Positions 9,986 through 19,744 are shown, counted from the first letter of the stretch. The stretch: 39,409 bases of DNA from Promethearchaeota archaeon (GCA_014728035.1 WJMJ01000028.1:1-39409); one strand, 5' to 3'. Notes: generated from the letters alone by a model not told the origin. Translations and numbers: made by a program.

Positions 9986-10486
9986 ATGAGGACGTTTTTT
10001 GAGGTTATCTCGACTGTTAACCGTTGGTTACGTCAACGATATTCCTCTACGTCCTCAACACCACGTATATTCTGGAATCAGATAATGGTGGTACTTGGTA
10101 TCATCATGTTGAAACAGGAGAACATCGCTCCTACACTAGGGAACCTAGAACGATATACTCCTGTTCCAAAATCATCTATCTATCGAACACTTAAGGTGTT
10201 AGAAGAAGAATCTATCCTGATTCAGAAAGAAGACAAATCATATGGATTCTATGGTGAAGTGCCACAAGATATATTAGAACTTTCCACAAATAGAACACCT
10301 GTAGAACTAGGTGGACTTGTTGAAGAGATTGAATCTGCTATGAAAAAACAGATGAAACAAATGCTTCAAACTCTACCTCTACAACAAGACCAAATCGAAC
10401 AGGTGTCGAAACGCATTGATACCATCAAACCCGAGAAGAAGGAACTTGATGCCTTATCGAGCCTCGTTGGAGATGGTTTCATGTGA
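9986..10486 (+). CDS. Winged-HTH DNA-binding protein with C-terminal helical region
   Basis: TLGNLERYTPVPKSSIYRTLKVLEEESILIQKEDKSY (IclR/TrmB-like wHTH). Confidence 0.75.
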   Translation: MRTFFEVISTVNRWLRQRYSSTSSTPRIFWNQIMVVLGIIMLKQENIAPTLGNLERYTPVPKSSIYRTLKVLEEESILIQKEDKSYGFYGEVPQDILELSTNRTPVELGGLVEEIESAMKKQMKQMLQTLPLQQDQIEQVSKRIDTIKPEKKELDALSSLVGDGFM

Positions 10487-10498
10487 GGCACTACAGTT

Positions 10499-11464
10499 AT
10501 GGAATCACACCACGTGGAATTCATTGGACACGACGGACAGACATACCACTACGACACACGTATCAGAGATGATAGTGTAGCTGGTCATCCAGTTAAGATG
10601 ACCAGTTTTCACTCCGTCGTTGATCCACATTGGAGTACATCATACCTACTTTTAGTACAACAGGCAGAACGAGAGGCTCGACATGAGATATGTGGAGCAG
10701 AGACCCAGAAAGGTTCTCCTTGTAAACAATATCCATTAAAATTAGAAGATGAACCGTATCCAGATGAGATTGGTCGTTGTAGTAGACATAGACCTTCAAT
10801 GAAAAAAGAAGAACCTTCTTCACCACCACCAACTTCTATCGCCTTATCTCCGTCTCGTTCTCCACCACCAGCACCAACTGACTCTCGACTTGCTGACACC
10901 CTGATGGATATAGCAGACGAGCATTTCTTCTTACGTTGTCAGGCATGTATCAACAGGGTACAATGTGATGAGAGGGGAGGAGCCAACGATATATGCATGA
11001 AGGAAAAACGTCTCTTCCAACAGTTGTTGGTGGAGATGATAGAGACATATGACTTGGAAGATGTGGCTGATTATTTCACATCAGTGAGTGTAGTAGACAC
11101 GATGATAAAAATAATCAGAACAAGTGCATATGAGGGTCAGTACGGAATCATTGAGTCCATAAACTCCGGTAATGCGCAATATAACATCCATCTGAAGAAA
11201 CTATTGAACAGCACCCTTAAACTACTTGGTGTTGATAGAAAGACCAGAATCAGTGTGAGACATAAGAGCGGTAAGGTCGAGATGTTCTCAGGTAGTATTG
11301 CAAAGGCTCTAGCCTCAGCAAAGATCACAGACGCTGAGGTTATAGACGCGACCAAACAGATGGAAAAGGATATCAAAATGGAAGAACCAAAGGGAACCAG
11401 AAAGGGCCCAGCTGTTGGTATCCATGGTAAAATTATAAAGGATGATGAACCTATTGAGTCCTAA
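10499..11464 (+). CDS. Putative terminase small subunit / Zn-binding DNA-packaging protein
   Basis: ICGAETQKGSPCKQ...GRCSRH (HGGxSTG-like Zn module), a second CQAC..C..C cluster, and it overlaps the terminase large subunit start. Confidence 0.5.
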   Translation: MESHHVEFIGHDGQTYHYDTRIRDDSVAGHPVKMTSFHSVVDPHWSTSYLLLVQQAEREARHEICGAETQKGSPCKQYPLKLEDEPYPDEIGRCSRHRPSMKKEEPSSPPPTSIALSPSRSPPPAPTDSRLADTLMDIADEHFFLRCQACINRVQCDERGGANDICMKEKRLFQQLLVEMIETYDLEDVADYFTSVSVVDTMIKIIRTSAYEGQYGIIESINSGNAQYNIHLKKLLNSTLKLLGVDRKTRISVRHKSGKVEMFSGSIAKALASAKITDAEVIDATKQMEKDIKMEEPKGTRKGPAVGIHGKIIKDDEPIES

Positions 11465-14165
11465 GAAGAAGAAAAAAAAATTAGAAGAGAATATAGAGCT
11501 GACGGCAGAGCTCATCGCTCGGGTGAAGAGAGACCCTGTTGCGTTTGCTCGTATATTCTGTAAATTTTATCCTCATTGGTACCAAGTCAAGATTCTTCGT
11601 GATATGTCAAAAAATATCGCGATACGGATGGGAAGACAGATGGGTAAGACAGCTGCCACTGCAATCAAGGCACTGTGGTATGCATTCACCCGTCCTGAAG
11701 CTTCAACACCACAGGAACAGGTGACCATTGTAATCATCGCTCCATCCCAACGACAGAGTAAAATCATGTATAATCAAATCAGGTCTTATATTCATGCTAA
11801 CCCTATACTTGAGGCAAGTGTCATCAAGAGTACACAACAGACAATCAAACTTGATAATAATTCTGTGATATACAACTTTCCAGTAGGCGACTCTGCTGAA
11901 AAGGTACGAGGATTCTCAATCAATCTACTCATCGTTGACGAGGCCGCATTTATCAAGCAGAGAATCTTCACTGCTATCCTACCTTCACTAGCTGGAACGA
12001 ATGGAAGTCTTATTCTCATCGGAACGCCTGCCTCGCGAACAGGCCTATTTTACCAAGCGTTCTATCCAGGTAAAGACGGTAGTGGTGTAAAGTTACGATT
12101 CAGTACTCATTGGTATCCATATTCTGACGCTTTAGATGTACAACGTGTTGATAAAAACGGTGTACCATTGTTTGATAAAGATGGTAATCCTATAACACAA
12201 TTATCGCGTGACTGGATTGAATATCAATACACAAGTATGAGTAAGGGAGAGTTTGCCCAAGAGTTCGAGGCAAAGTTTGTTGATGAGAGTCTGGGATACT
12301 TCACACGAGAAGACCTTATTGCTAATGTTGAAGACTATTCAATGGAACATGTACATGATGGTGAGAGTGTATATGCTATGGGTGTTGACTTTGCTAAATA
12401 TCATGACTCCTATGTAGCACTGGTCATCAAACGAGACATAAATGGTATCACTAGGGTTGTATATACTCTAGAGGCACGAAATAGAAACTATTCTGAGACC
12501 GTACCATTGACCATCAAGATTGCAAAACGATTCAGATGTCGTTATGTATTCTGTGATAGTACCGGTGTCGGTGAACCAAATGCTGAAATCATAGAGAAGG
12601 AACTAAAGGGTATATCAATTGTCAAATCAGTCAATATGAGTAGTCTTCAGAAACAGATAGATATGTATTCCAATCTTCAACGAATGTTTGGTGAAGGGGT
12701 ATTGAAGATACCAGCTTCGAATCGTGAACTCATCAGTCAGTTGTCGTTGGTGATGAGAACAATAACACCAAGTGGACGGGTAAAGATTGAAGCAGCAGAA
12801 GGACAACATGACGACTTTTGTTTTGATGGTTCAACAAAGGTTCAAACAACAAACGGATATATAGATATTAGTAAGATCAAAAAAGGTGATATAGTATTAA
12901 CATCGTCTGGTCATAAAAAGGTTATCAATACGTCAGAACGCGAGATTAATGAACTTGTCTATAGAGTGAAAGTAAAGGGAAGACCAACATTTACTTGTAC
13001 AAAAAATCACCCCTTTAAGACAGTTGATGGTGATTTTGATATAATTGATAACCTTCAATACTTGCGAAAGGATTTTATTAAACTTAATGAACGAAGATTC
13101 ATTGATTTGGCTGAAATCCAATATGATGAAGGAAAACACGGGTCAAGCAAGATTATAGTAAATGAAGATACTATCTCTTATATGAATGGTAGATTAACGA
13201 CACTACCAAGATATATACAACTTGACTATGATTTTGGGTTTATCATCGGAGCATATCTAGCAGAAGGAAGCATTGGTGCACATGACATACAATTCACATT
13301 GAATAAAACTGATGACCCCTTAATAGAAATAATAAAAGAAAAATTCAAGAATGTGTTTGGTTGTGAATTGAGCTATATCGAACATGATAATAATTCTTGT
13401 AATCTATACAAGAGTTCATTGATATTAAGAAAATTATTCAAAACATTAATACCAGGAATTTCATCATCAAAGAGGATACACCCACTACTATTCTCAAATA
13501 AGGATTTCCTACGTGGATTAATTGAAGCCTACTATAAGGGCGATGGTTGTATTATTAATAATGGAAGAGGATTTTCTGTTTCAACAAATAGTTTGAATCT
13601 TGCATATCAAATTACTGATATATTGAACCTATTTGGTATTTATGGTAATATTCACACTTCACATAGAAAAGGAAAGTCAATGAATCTTCATGAACATAAA
13701 TATACCCATAATCATAACTTACACCAGATACGTATTTCAGGTTCATGGTATGTCAATAAGTTTATTGATTTATTTTGGAATGAATATGAACATATATCAG
13801 ATAATAAATTTCATTATTGTAAAGAGAAATGGTATGATGATTTCGTACTTATTCCATTCAAGAAGAATGAAATAGAATATATCGGTTCTGTATATAACTT
13901 ATATATTGATGACGTGAATGAATTCTCAATTGGTTCAGCTACTGTACATAATTGTGACGCATTAGCCTTAGCATGTATGATGACTGTAAATAATCCCAAT
14001 CCTCCAAAGACATTAGCTACATCAGTAAAGAGTGTTTTCTCTAAGAAAACACATAGGCATACCGCAACCACACCACAGAGAAGAAGACAACAGACACCAT
14101 ATAGACAAGTAGCAGTGTTCGATGAGAGAGGACGAATAATAGGAACTAGAACAGAACAACGGTGA
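11442..14165 (+). CDS. terL: Terminase large subunit with one intein (about 529 aa spliced)
   Basis: HWYQ adenine motif, Walker A GRQMGKT, Walker B LLIVDEAAF, LIGTP coupling motif, and nuclease motifs GVDFA, DSTGVG and HDDF|CDAL. Confidence 0.95.
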   Translation: MMNLLSPKKKKKKLEENIELTAELIARVKRDPVAFARIFCKFYPHWYQVKILRDMSKNIAIRMGRQMGKTAATAIKALWYAFTRPEASTPQEQVTIVIIAPSQRQSKIMYNQIRSYIHANPILEASVIKSTQQTIKLDNNSVIYNFPVGDSAEKVRGFSINLLIVDEAAFIKQRIFTAILPSLAGTNGSLILIGTPASRTGLFYQAFYPGKDGSGVKLRFSTHWYPYSDALDVQRVDKNGVPLFDKDGNPITQLSRDWIEYQYTSMSKGEFAQEFEAKFVDESLGYFTREDLIANVEDYSMEHVHDGESVYAMGVDFAKYHDSYVALVIKRDINGITRVVYTLEARNRNYSETVPLTIKIAKRFRCRYVFCDSTGVGEPNAEIIEKELKGISIVKSVNMSSLQKQIDMYSNLQRMFGEGVLKIPASNRELISQLSLVMRTITPSGRVKIEAAEGQHDDFCFDGSTKVQTTNGYIDISKIKKGDIVLTSSGHKKVINTSEREINELVYRVKVKGRPTFTCTKNHPFKTVDGDFDIIDNLQYLRKDFIKLNERRFIDLAEIQYDEGKHGSSKIIVNEDTISYMNGRLTTLPRYIQLDYDFGFIIGAYLAEGSIGAHDIQFTLNKTDDPLIEIIKEKFKNVFGCELSYIEHDNNSCNLYKSSLILRKLFKTLIPGISSSKRIHPLLFSNKDFLRGLIEAYYKGDGCIINNGRGFSVSTNSLNLAYQITDILNLFGIYGNIHTSHRKGKSMNLHEHKYTHNHNLHQIRISGSWYVNKFIDLFWNEYEHISDNKFHYCKEKWYDDFVLIPFKKNEIEYIGSVYNLYIDDVNEFSIGSATVHNCDALALACMMTVNNPNPPKTLATSVKSVFSKKTHRHTATTPQRRRQQTPYRQVAVFDERGRIIGTRTEQR
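12819..13952 (+). mobile_element. Intein with LAGLIDADG endonuclease in the TerL nuclease domain (378 aa)
   Basis: CFDGST...TKNHPF...IIGAYLAEGS...LIEAYYKGDG...TVHN|C. Confidence 0.92.
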
Positions 14166-14169
14166 TCGG

Positions 14170-14877
14170 ATGAAAACGTATTCTTCTATAACCGCTAGTA
14201 GAGATACCATGTTATTTCAGCGTATATTACTACGGTTTATGTTATTGATTATGATTATATTAACTATATTGATATGGTTTCATTATACAGAAGTAGGAGA
14301 TATTCCACTTACTATTGTTATCATCACTGTTATTCCACCATCACTCTATAGTTTTGTACGAATTATAAATTATAGTAAACGGGAGATAATCAACTTATTA
14401 TCACCTTCAGGAAGTAGAAAGATATTCAAAACATTATCTACATTCATGTCTCATCCTGTTGAACTGATTATCATTCCTGCCTACATTGCAGCAGTGTTGT
14501 ATCTATACCTATCATCAACAGGAATCGCTTTCTATACAAGTACAACAATCATCGTTGCTGTTATATATGCTACACAGATATTACCACTCATGATTAAAAG
14601 AGAACTTCATATACGAGCCTCAAAACGAGCATTAAATTATGTTCGTGATGAAATAAAGACCACCAGAATCATCTTATTCAATGATACTTTCTCAGAGGAG
14701 GATAAAGATTTAGCATTATCAAGACATATTGCTGCTGAGGAATTGATGAGTGTTCATAGTGATTATCTTATATATTCAACTGGTATAAGCGGAACATTCA
14801 TAATGATTGCACGTCTTATACTACCCGTGTTCACAGGAATAGGTGGTCAGATAATACAACCTATGTTGGGTGGATGA
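14170..14877 (+). CDS. Polytopic membrane protein of unknown function
   Basis: About five long hydrophobic segments; 4 nt after terL. Confidence 0.75.
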   Translation: MKTYSSITASRDTMLFQRILLRFMLLIMIILTILIWFHYTEVGDIPLTIVIITVIPPSLYSFVRIINYSKREIINLLSPSGSRKIFKTLSTFMSHPVELIIIPAYIAAVLYLYLSSTGIAFYTSTTIIVAVIYATQILPLMIKRELHIRASKRALNYVRDEIKTTRIILFNDTFSEEDKDLALSRHIAAEELMSVHSDYLIYSTGISGTFIMIARLILPVFTGIGGQIIQPMLGG

Positions 14878-14880
14878 AAA

Positions 14881-15891
14881 ATGCCCATTCATGTTCTAAC
14901 AAGTTATAAAGGTGGTACCGGTAAAACAAGCATCGCCTTAGCAATCGCAATATATTGTATTGAAAATAACATCAATTTCACACTTATTGATACAAATCCT
15001 CAGAACTCTAACATTGCTGAAGATATATTCTTCTACTTTCATGTTGATCATGTTACGAGTGATGTACCTTGGATTTTCAAACAAAAGACAGTATATACAT
15101 TATCACCAGACAGTAGTTCAATATTTACTATTATCGATGGAACGAACTGTGACCCATATTCGGTCGTAGATTATTTACAACGGAGTTCTGATGATCCTAA
15201 TCACGTCTATGTGATTGACACAAATGTGCATATCAGAAGCTGTCCAGAACAATTATTATCACAAGACGCTATTCACAATACATATGTATGGTTTTTATGG
15301 GGATGGTCAAGTCCTCGTTTAGATCATCAACTTCATTCTATATTAGAGGCATCTAAACGGATAGAACAGACTTGGCCAAAGTCTCAAGTTATCCATGTAT
15401 TTAATCTATATGACTTTTATACATCAGGGTTACAATTATTTGGTTTTAGGAAAGCAAGTACAACATTAAGACCACTCAAGAAGGTATTAAAAAGACTTGA
15501 TAAGAAGGTAAAACGGTTTACTGAGTCTAAATGCAAGCCAACATATATTGATTATGATTTCTTATCTATCATCATGAAAGAATTACATGGTACATTAGTA
15601 CGTTTTGTCTCAGATGATTCATCATTACAAGAGTTACCAATTTTGTGGGGAACTCATCTCATGGATATAATGGAGAGAACCAAACGAGACTATCCTTATA
15701 ATATCTTATTGATTCCTACATTCTTTAGAGAGTTAACTATGTCTGTTGATAGATTAATAATGTCCGCGCCAAGAAGATTTGATACGATACATCAATTGAT
15801 TAAACCGATGGCGGATTATATTAACGTATTTTTATGCAACTTAGCAAGTTGTAGTGATATACGATTTGCAAGAGATCATTATCTATCATAG
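14881..15891 (+). CDS. MinD/ParA-family ATPase (divergent C-terminal half)
   Basis: Deviant Walker A KGGTGKT with signature Lys, switch I LIDTNPQ and Walker B YVIDT. Confidence 0.82.
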   Translation: MPIHVLTSYKGGTGKTSIALAIAIYCIENNINFTLIDTNPQNSNIAEDIFFYFHVDHVTSDVPWIFKQKTVYTLSPDSSSIFTIIDGTNCDPYSVVDYLQRSSDDPNHVYVIDTNVHIRSCPEQLLSQDAIHNTYVWFLWGWSSPRLDHQLHSILEASKRIEQTWPKSQVIHVFNLYDFYTSGLQLFGFRKASTTLRPLKKVLKRLDKKVKRFTESKCKPTYIDYDFLSIIMKELHGTLVRFVSDDSSLQELPILWGTHLMDIMERTKRDYPYNILLIPTFFRELTMSVDRLIMSAPRRFDTIHQLIKPMADYINVFLCNLASCSDIRFARDHYLS

Positions 15892-15976
15892 TTCCGTCGG
15901 TGTATTTAAATTGGATTAGTACGATGTCCTAGTGCAGATGTTCCACTAAACCTGGACATTCGATACACGTCTAGCA

Positions 15977-16663
15977 TTGGAAGGTGACAGTACGACCTAT
16001 AGACTAGCTGTTTTAGAGGGTCAAATGGGTCGAGCAGGTACCGAAATCGGTCTGCGACGTACATACACACTCAATCGACGTGAAGAAGAAGATCAAGAAG
16101 ATGTAGTTGAATCAGAACCAATAGAGGAGCCAGAAGAAGTGGCTGAAGAAACAACTACACCTGTTAAAGAAGAATCAATAACTGAAACCCCTCCTACCGA
16201 ATCAACTCCTACTGAAGAAGTTGTTGCTGAGGAGACCGTCGAGACCCCAAAAGAAGAAGAGGTGAAAACTGAAGAACCTGAACCAGAGCCAGAACCCGAA
16301 CCCGAACCTGAGCCAGAGGTTGAAATGGTTGTAGAAGAACCAAAACCAGAAAAAGAGATTCTGGAACCTTCTCTAAAGTTAACCTTTGACCCAGAACCTC
16401 CAGTCTATGTTGAACAATTTCAACAGGTCATTGGAGAGATACATGGTCTTGAGCCAAGTGGTTCTATTTATATTACTGTTGAGAAAAGTACTTCAGACGA
16501 AAATGGTTGGATTTTATGGACAGAGAGACAAGCGAAGTTCAGCGGTGAAAGAACATCTGCCTACGCTTCAATCTCATCTTCTTGGTCTTCTATCTCTTCC
16601 ATTTCTTCCATATCATCAAATTCGTCCAATAATGAATCTCTGAAAGTATCATCTTCATCATAG
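15977..16663 (+). CDS. Acidic low-complexity protein with Pro-Glu repeats
   Basis: E/T/P-rich coding pattern with varied synonymous codons in (PE)n; TTG start uncertain. Confidence 0.6.
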   Translation: MEGDSTTYRLAVLEGQMGRAGTEIGLRRTYTLNRREEEDQEDVVESEPIEEPEEVAEETTTPVKEESITETPPTESTPTEEVVAEETVETPKEEEVKTEEPEPEPEPEPEPEPEVEMVVEEPKPEKEILEPSLKLTFDPEPPVYVEQFQQVIGEIHGLEPSGSIYITVEKSTSDENGWILWTERQAKFSGERTSAYASISSSWSSISSISSISSNSSNNESLKVSSSS

Positions 16664-17022
16664 ATATCATCTTTATCTAATGAACCATCAAGCTCAACCG
16701 CAATGTCTTGTTCTGCACCAATGAATCGTCTATGCATTTCACCATATTTACATTCACAATGTCTAACACGAGTGATACGTCCTCGTATTGCATCAACTGT
16801 GTAAAAAGTAATGGTTACTGATTTCATGCATTTATTACATATATATCTTGCTTGAAGTCGATGTGGAAGAACCACGATAGCAGGCCTGCCATTTATATCA
16901 GGCCAAAAAATCTCTCGTAGTCCCTCTTGTATCGCTTTCCATGATACTTCTGTTTGTTTTCCTGGTGGTTGGACATCGATTAAGTCTATCCGAGGATAGT
17001 CTATATCATTCCCTTCAGCCAT
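16561..17022 (-). CDS. Hypothetical Zn-finger protein with acidic tail
   Basis: CNKC...HCEC motif; overlaps the end of the upstream ATPase gene. Confidence 0.6.
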   Translation of the reverse strand: MAEGNDIDYPRIDLIDVQPPGKQTEVSWKAIQEGLREIFWPDINGRPAIVVLPHRLQARYICNKCMKSVTITFYTVDAIRGRITRVRHCECKYGEMHRRFIGAEQDIAVELDGSLDKDDIYDEDDTFRDSLLDEFDDMEEMEEIEDQEDEIEA

Positions 17023-17861
17023 GCAACCACCTTTGAAGGAGTTGGGTCTTTAATCACCGGTACATCATTTCTGCCAGACTTATGCTTTGTGATTTTTCCA
17101 TATCTCGCAAGAGCCTTCTTAGGTTGACCAAACTCGTCTAGAACATATGAACGTTGTTCATCCATAACATGCTCTTCACGCTTTGTAAGATAAATAATAC
17201 ACGTGGCCTCAAAGTCTAACATTGACTTCCATTCAGGGTCTTCTTTCCCTTTTACAGCCTTCCAACGGGGTTTACCAGTCTGTGGATCAAGTACCTCTTC
17301 ACCACCTTGTCTTGCACGCCCCAACCAGATGACATCGGTTGGCCACATTGCTGTGTATCGAATGAGCTGTTGAAAGATTCTCTTCGGTTCACTATATGCA
17401 AGCTGAGCCATACGTTTCAATCGTTCATCTGTCTCTCGTGCCTCCATGACTTCCCACATCAATTTTCTGTAGATTTGACTAGCAGTATCCATGATGAAGA
17501 ATGTGTCTTTCAATATATCACGATGATTAAAATGAATATCAATGACCTTATCAACAATATAATAAGCTAGAGCTGCGTCAAGTGCGCTCTTCTTCTCAGT
17601 TGGGTCGAGTTCAAGCGCTTTTGCGGTTATGTCATCCCAATCATCATCAGTGGGAAGAACAGTTGTACGTTCTTCGACCTCTGGAAATCTTTTCAACACT
17701 GAGTACAGATTCGACTTTGGTTCCAGATTGAATACCAATACCTTTTTGTCGGGTTTTAGTTTCGTTGCTGATAACGCAAAGTGGGTCTTACCTGTGCTGC
17801 TAGAACCCCAGACAGCCCATTTGATTAAATCATCCATTTCTGAGTATTTTTGTCCTATCAT
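17001..17861 (-). CDS. P-loop ATPase of the AAA_24/Sak4-like viral recombinase type
   Basis: WAVWGSSSTGKTHFALS, Walker B FIMDT; lies downstream of the putative SSB. Confidence 0.7.
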   Translation of the reverse strand: MIGQKYSEMDDLIKWAVWGSSSTGKTHFALSATKLKPDKKVLVFNLEPKSNLYSVLKRFPEVEERTTVLPTDDDWDDITAKALELDPTEKKSALDAALAYYIVDKVIDIHFNHRDILKDTFFIMDTASQIYRKLMWEVMEARETDERLKRMAQLAYSEPKRIFQQLIRYTAMWPTDVIWLGRARQGGEEVLDPQTGKPRWKAVKGKEDPEWKSMLDFEATCIIYLTKREEHVMDEQRSYVLDEFGQPKKALARYGKITKHKSGRNDVPVIKDPTPSKVVAWLKGMI

Positions 17862-17870
17862 CTTATCTCA

Positions 17871-17902
17871 CTCCCTAGTTGGGAGGGGGAATTAATCCCC
17901 CT
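17871..17902 (-). promoter_or_regulatory. Tandem hairpins between the SSB-like and ATPase genes; one sequesters the SD
   Basis: Two inverted repeats, AGGGGGA/TCCCCCT and CTCCC/GGGAG; the minus-strand GGGAGTGA SD lies in the second stem. Confidence 0.4.
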
Positions 17903-19694
17903 AACATTCATGTGATAATACCTCGTCTTCGGGTAGTACCTTACCACATTTACCACAGGTAACACCAGTAGTAGATGGTGATGGAACAGAGCTTGTTACT
18001 GAAGCAACCTGATCAATCACTTCTTTTGGGGCAGAACCCTTTTGCTTGGCCAGTCCGTCAGTCTGTGACTGTGGACTAGGTTGTGCCTGTGGTTGTGCCT
18101 GTGATGTCTGTGTCGTTGGTGTTTGTGTTACGGTTGTTGTTGGTGCCTGTGGAGTAGACACTTTTCGTCCGCTTCTCTCCTTCTCCATAAACGCCTCAAC
18201 GATTGGTCGTTGATGTGGTTCTTGGAACTGTGGAGGAAGTATTCCCTTGAATGAAGAACTCATCATCGCATCATATGAGGTATCAACACCCATTGCGTCG
18301 AACACAGTATTGATTGCAGATGTCAATTTCCCAAAACCACCATCAGTAGCATCTTGTGGACTAGGCTGAGTGGTAGGTTGTGGCTTCGGTTGACTCTGAG
18401 GTTGGGTCTCGGCCTTAGTAGTTGGAGTTGGAGTTGGAGTTGGAGTTGGAGTTGGAGTCTGAGAGGTATCACTAGCAACAGCACTCTTGGGAGTGTATCC
18501 TTCAGGTGCGTCAGTTGCAGTGACCGTTGGTGATGGTGATGGTGCTTTCTTACCTTCAACACCAGCAGGTACTGAACCAATAAAGGTTGCATCTATTCCG
18601 TACCAAACACTCTCTTCACCTTGGAACTCATTCTCACGAACGCTGATAATAGTACCAGCTACAACAACTTCAAGACCACGCCACATATCTGTTAGCTCGG
18701 CCCATCCATCCTTAGCACCACCAGCTGGTGCTGCGGCTGCATTTCGTAATAAAAGATCAGCATCGGAAATCATGATTTTATGGTCACCGAACTTGGTTCT
18801 CTGCATCTGAACAGATACACGATTTCCGGTGATGTTATCCTCGTTATATAGCGTCAGCTTCAAGACATACTGTTCTGTGTTAGAACCATCAGCCTTTGTC
18901 TGAATAAGAGGTTCACCGATACCATCTGGGGCCTGCTTGTACCGCATTTTAGGGATAGGATGTCCCTGTGCATCTGTTCTGATACTTCCATTCTCATCTA
19001 TCTCATAGACAGGATTCCCATATGAATCAGTCTGAGGAACTAGTTCATCAGTGTCAACCCATCGTTCAACAGGCATTACTGCTCCAATCTTCCCTCGTAA
19101 TAGTACTGGTTCATATTTATCCTCGGGTGTCAACATATCAATATCCACAGCTCTCTCAGCTAAGAATTTTTTGATTTCAGATTCAGGTAATGGTGTAGCA
19201 TTTATAATCATCTTACCATCAAAACTGATTCCCTTCTTACCACTCTTATATGTGAACTCTTTTTCTGCTACCTTTACGGTTACTCTCTGAAAAGAGGGAG
19301 CGGGAATAGCAGAACCACTAGGACCAATATTATGACCCCAACCTGAAAAAGCACGAACCTCGCCTTCATCGGTAACGATAAGATGATTCTGTCCTCTTAC
19401 CTGTTCAATAGGAGTTGTGAACTTTTTGATATCTCTACCACCAACCATTACACCGGTCCAATCATCGAGTGAATCAATCTTCTTTTGTGCTTTGGCTCGA
19501 TTTGCGAAAAACCGTTTTAAGGTTGATAGTTTATATTCTCGTTTCTTAGGATCATGATACACTGGACGTACCAAATCCTCTGTGACGTACTTTGCAAGGT
19601 CTGAAGGAACCATTGATTTAACTATGTTCGTAGCCTCTTCTATGGTATCATAGTCCTTGAGATGTACGGTATGATAAAAGTTGTCTTCTGACAT
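17901..19694 (-). CDS. Putative ssDNA-binding (OB-fold-like) protein with long P/T/Q linkers and C-terminal Zn finger
   Basis: Beta-rich core (GLEVVVAGTIISVRE...WYGIDATFI), disordered PT/QP tracts and CGKCG...HEC; sits between the primase and the Sak4-like ATPase. Function inferred from context. Confidence 0.5.
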   Translation of the reverse strand: MSEDNFYHTVHLKDYDTIEEATNIVKSMVPSDLAKYVTEDLVRPVYHDPKKREYKLSTLKRFFANRAKAQKKIDSLDDWTGVMVGGRDIKKFTTPIEQVRGQNHLIVTDEGEVRAFSGWGHNIGPSGSAIPAPSFQRVTVKVAEKEFTYKSGKKGISFDGKMIINATPLPESEIKKFLAERAVDIDMLTPEDKYEPVLLRGKIGAVMPVERWVDTDELVPQTDSYGNPVYEIDENGSIRTDAQGHPIPKMRYKQAPDGIGEPLIQTKADGSNTEQYVLKLTLYNEDNITGNRVSVQMQRTKFGDHKIMISDADLLLRNAAAAPAGGAKDGWAELTDMWRGLEVVVAGTIISVRENEFQGEESVWYGIDATFIGSVPAGVEGKKAPSPSPTVTATDAPEGYTPKSAVASDTSQTPTPTPTPTPTPTTKAETQPQSQPKPQPTTQPSPQDATDGGFGKLTSAINTVFDAMGVDTSYDAMMSSSFKGILPPQFQEPHQRPIVEAFMEKERSGRKVSTPQAPTTTVTQTPTTQTSQAQPQAQPSPQSQTDGLAKQKGSAPKEVIDQVASVTSSVPSPSTTGVTCGKCGKVLPEDEVLSHEC

Positions 19695-19696
19695 TT

Positions 19697-19744
19697 TTAC
19701 ATCACTTACATTATTACATTATTACACTATTACACTCAACATTA
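19697..19744. repeat. Tandem imperfect 8-mer array (TTACAYTA) in the leader of the SSB-like gene
   Basis: ttacatcac ttacatta ttacatta ttacacta ttacactc aacatta. Confidence 0.8.

Noticed and set aside
18421-18458. (GTTGGA)6 tandem repeat as a DNA element
   Set aside because: It encodes the Pro-Thr linker of the SSB-like protein and is explained by coding.
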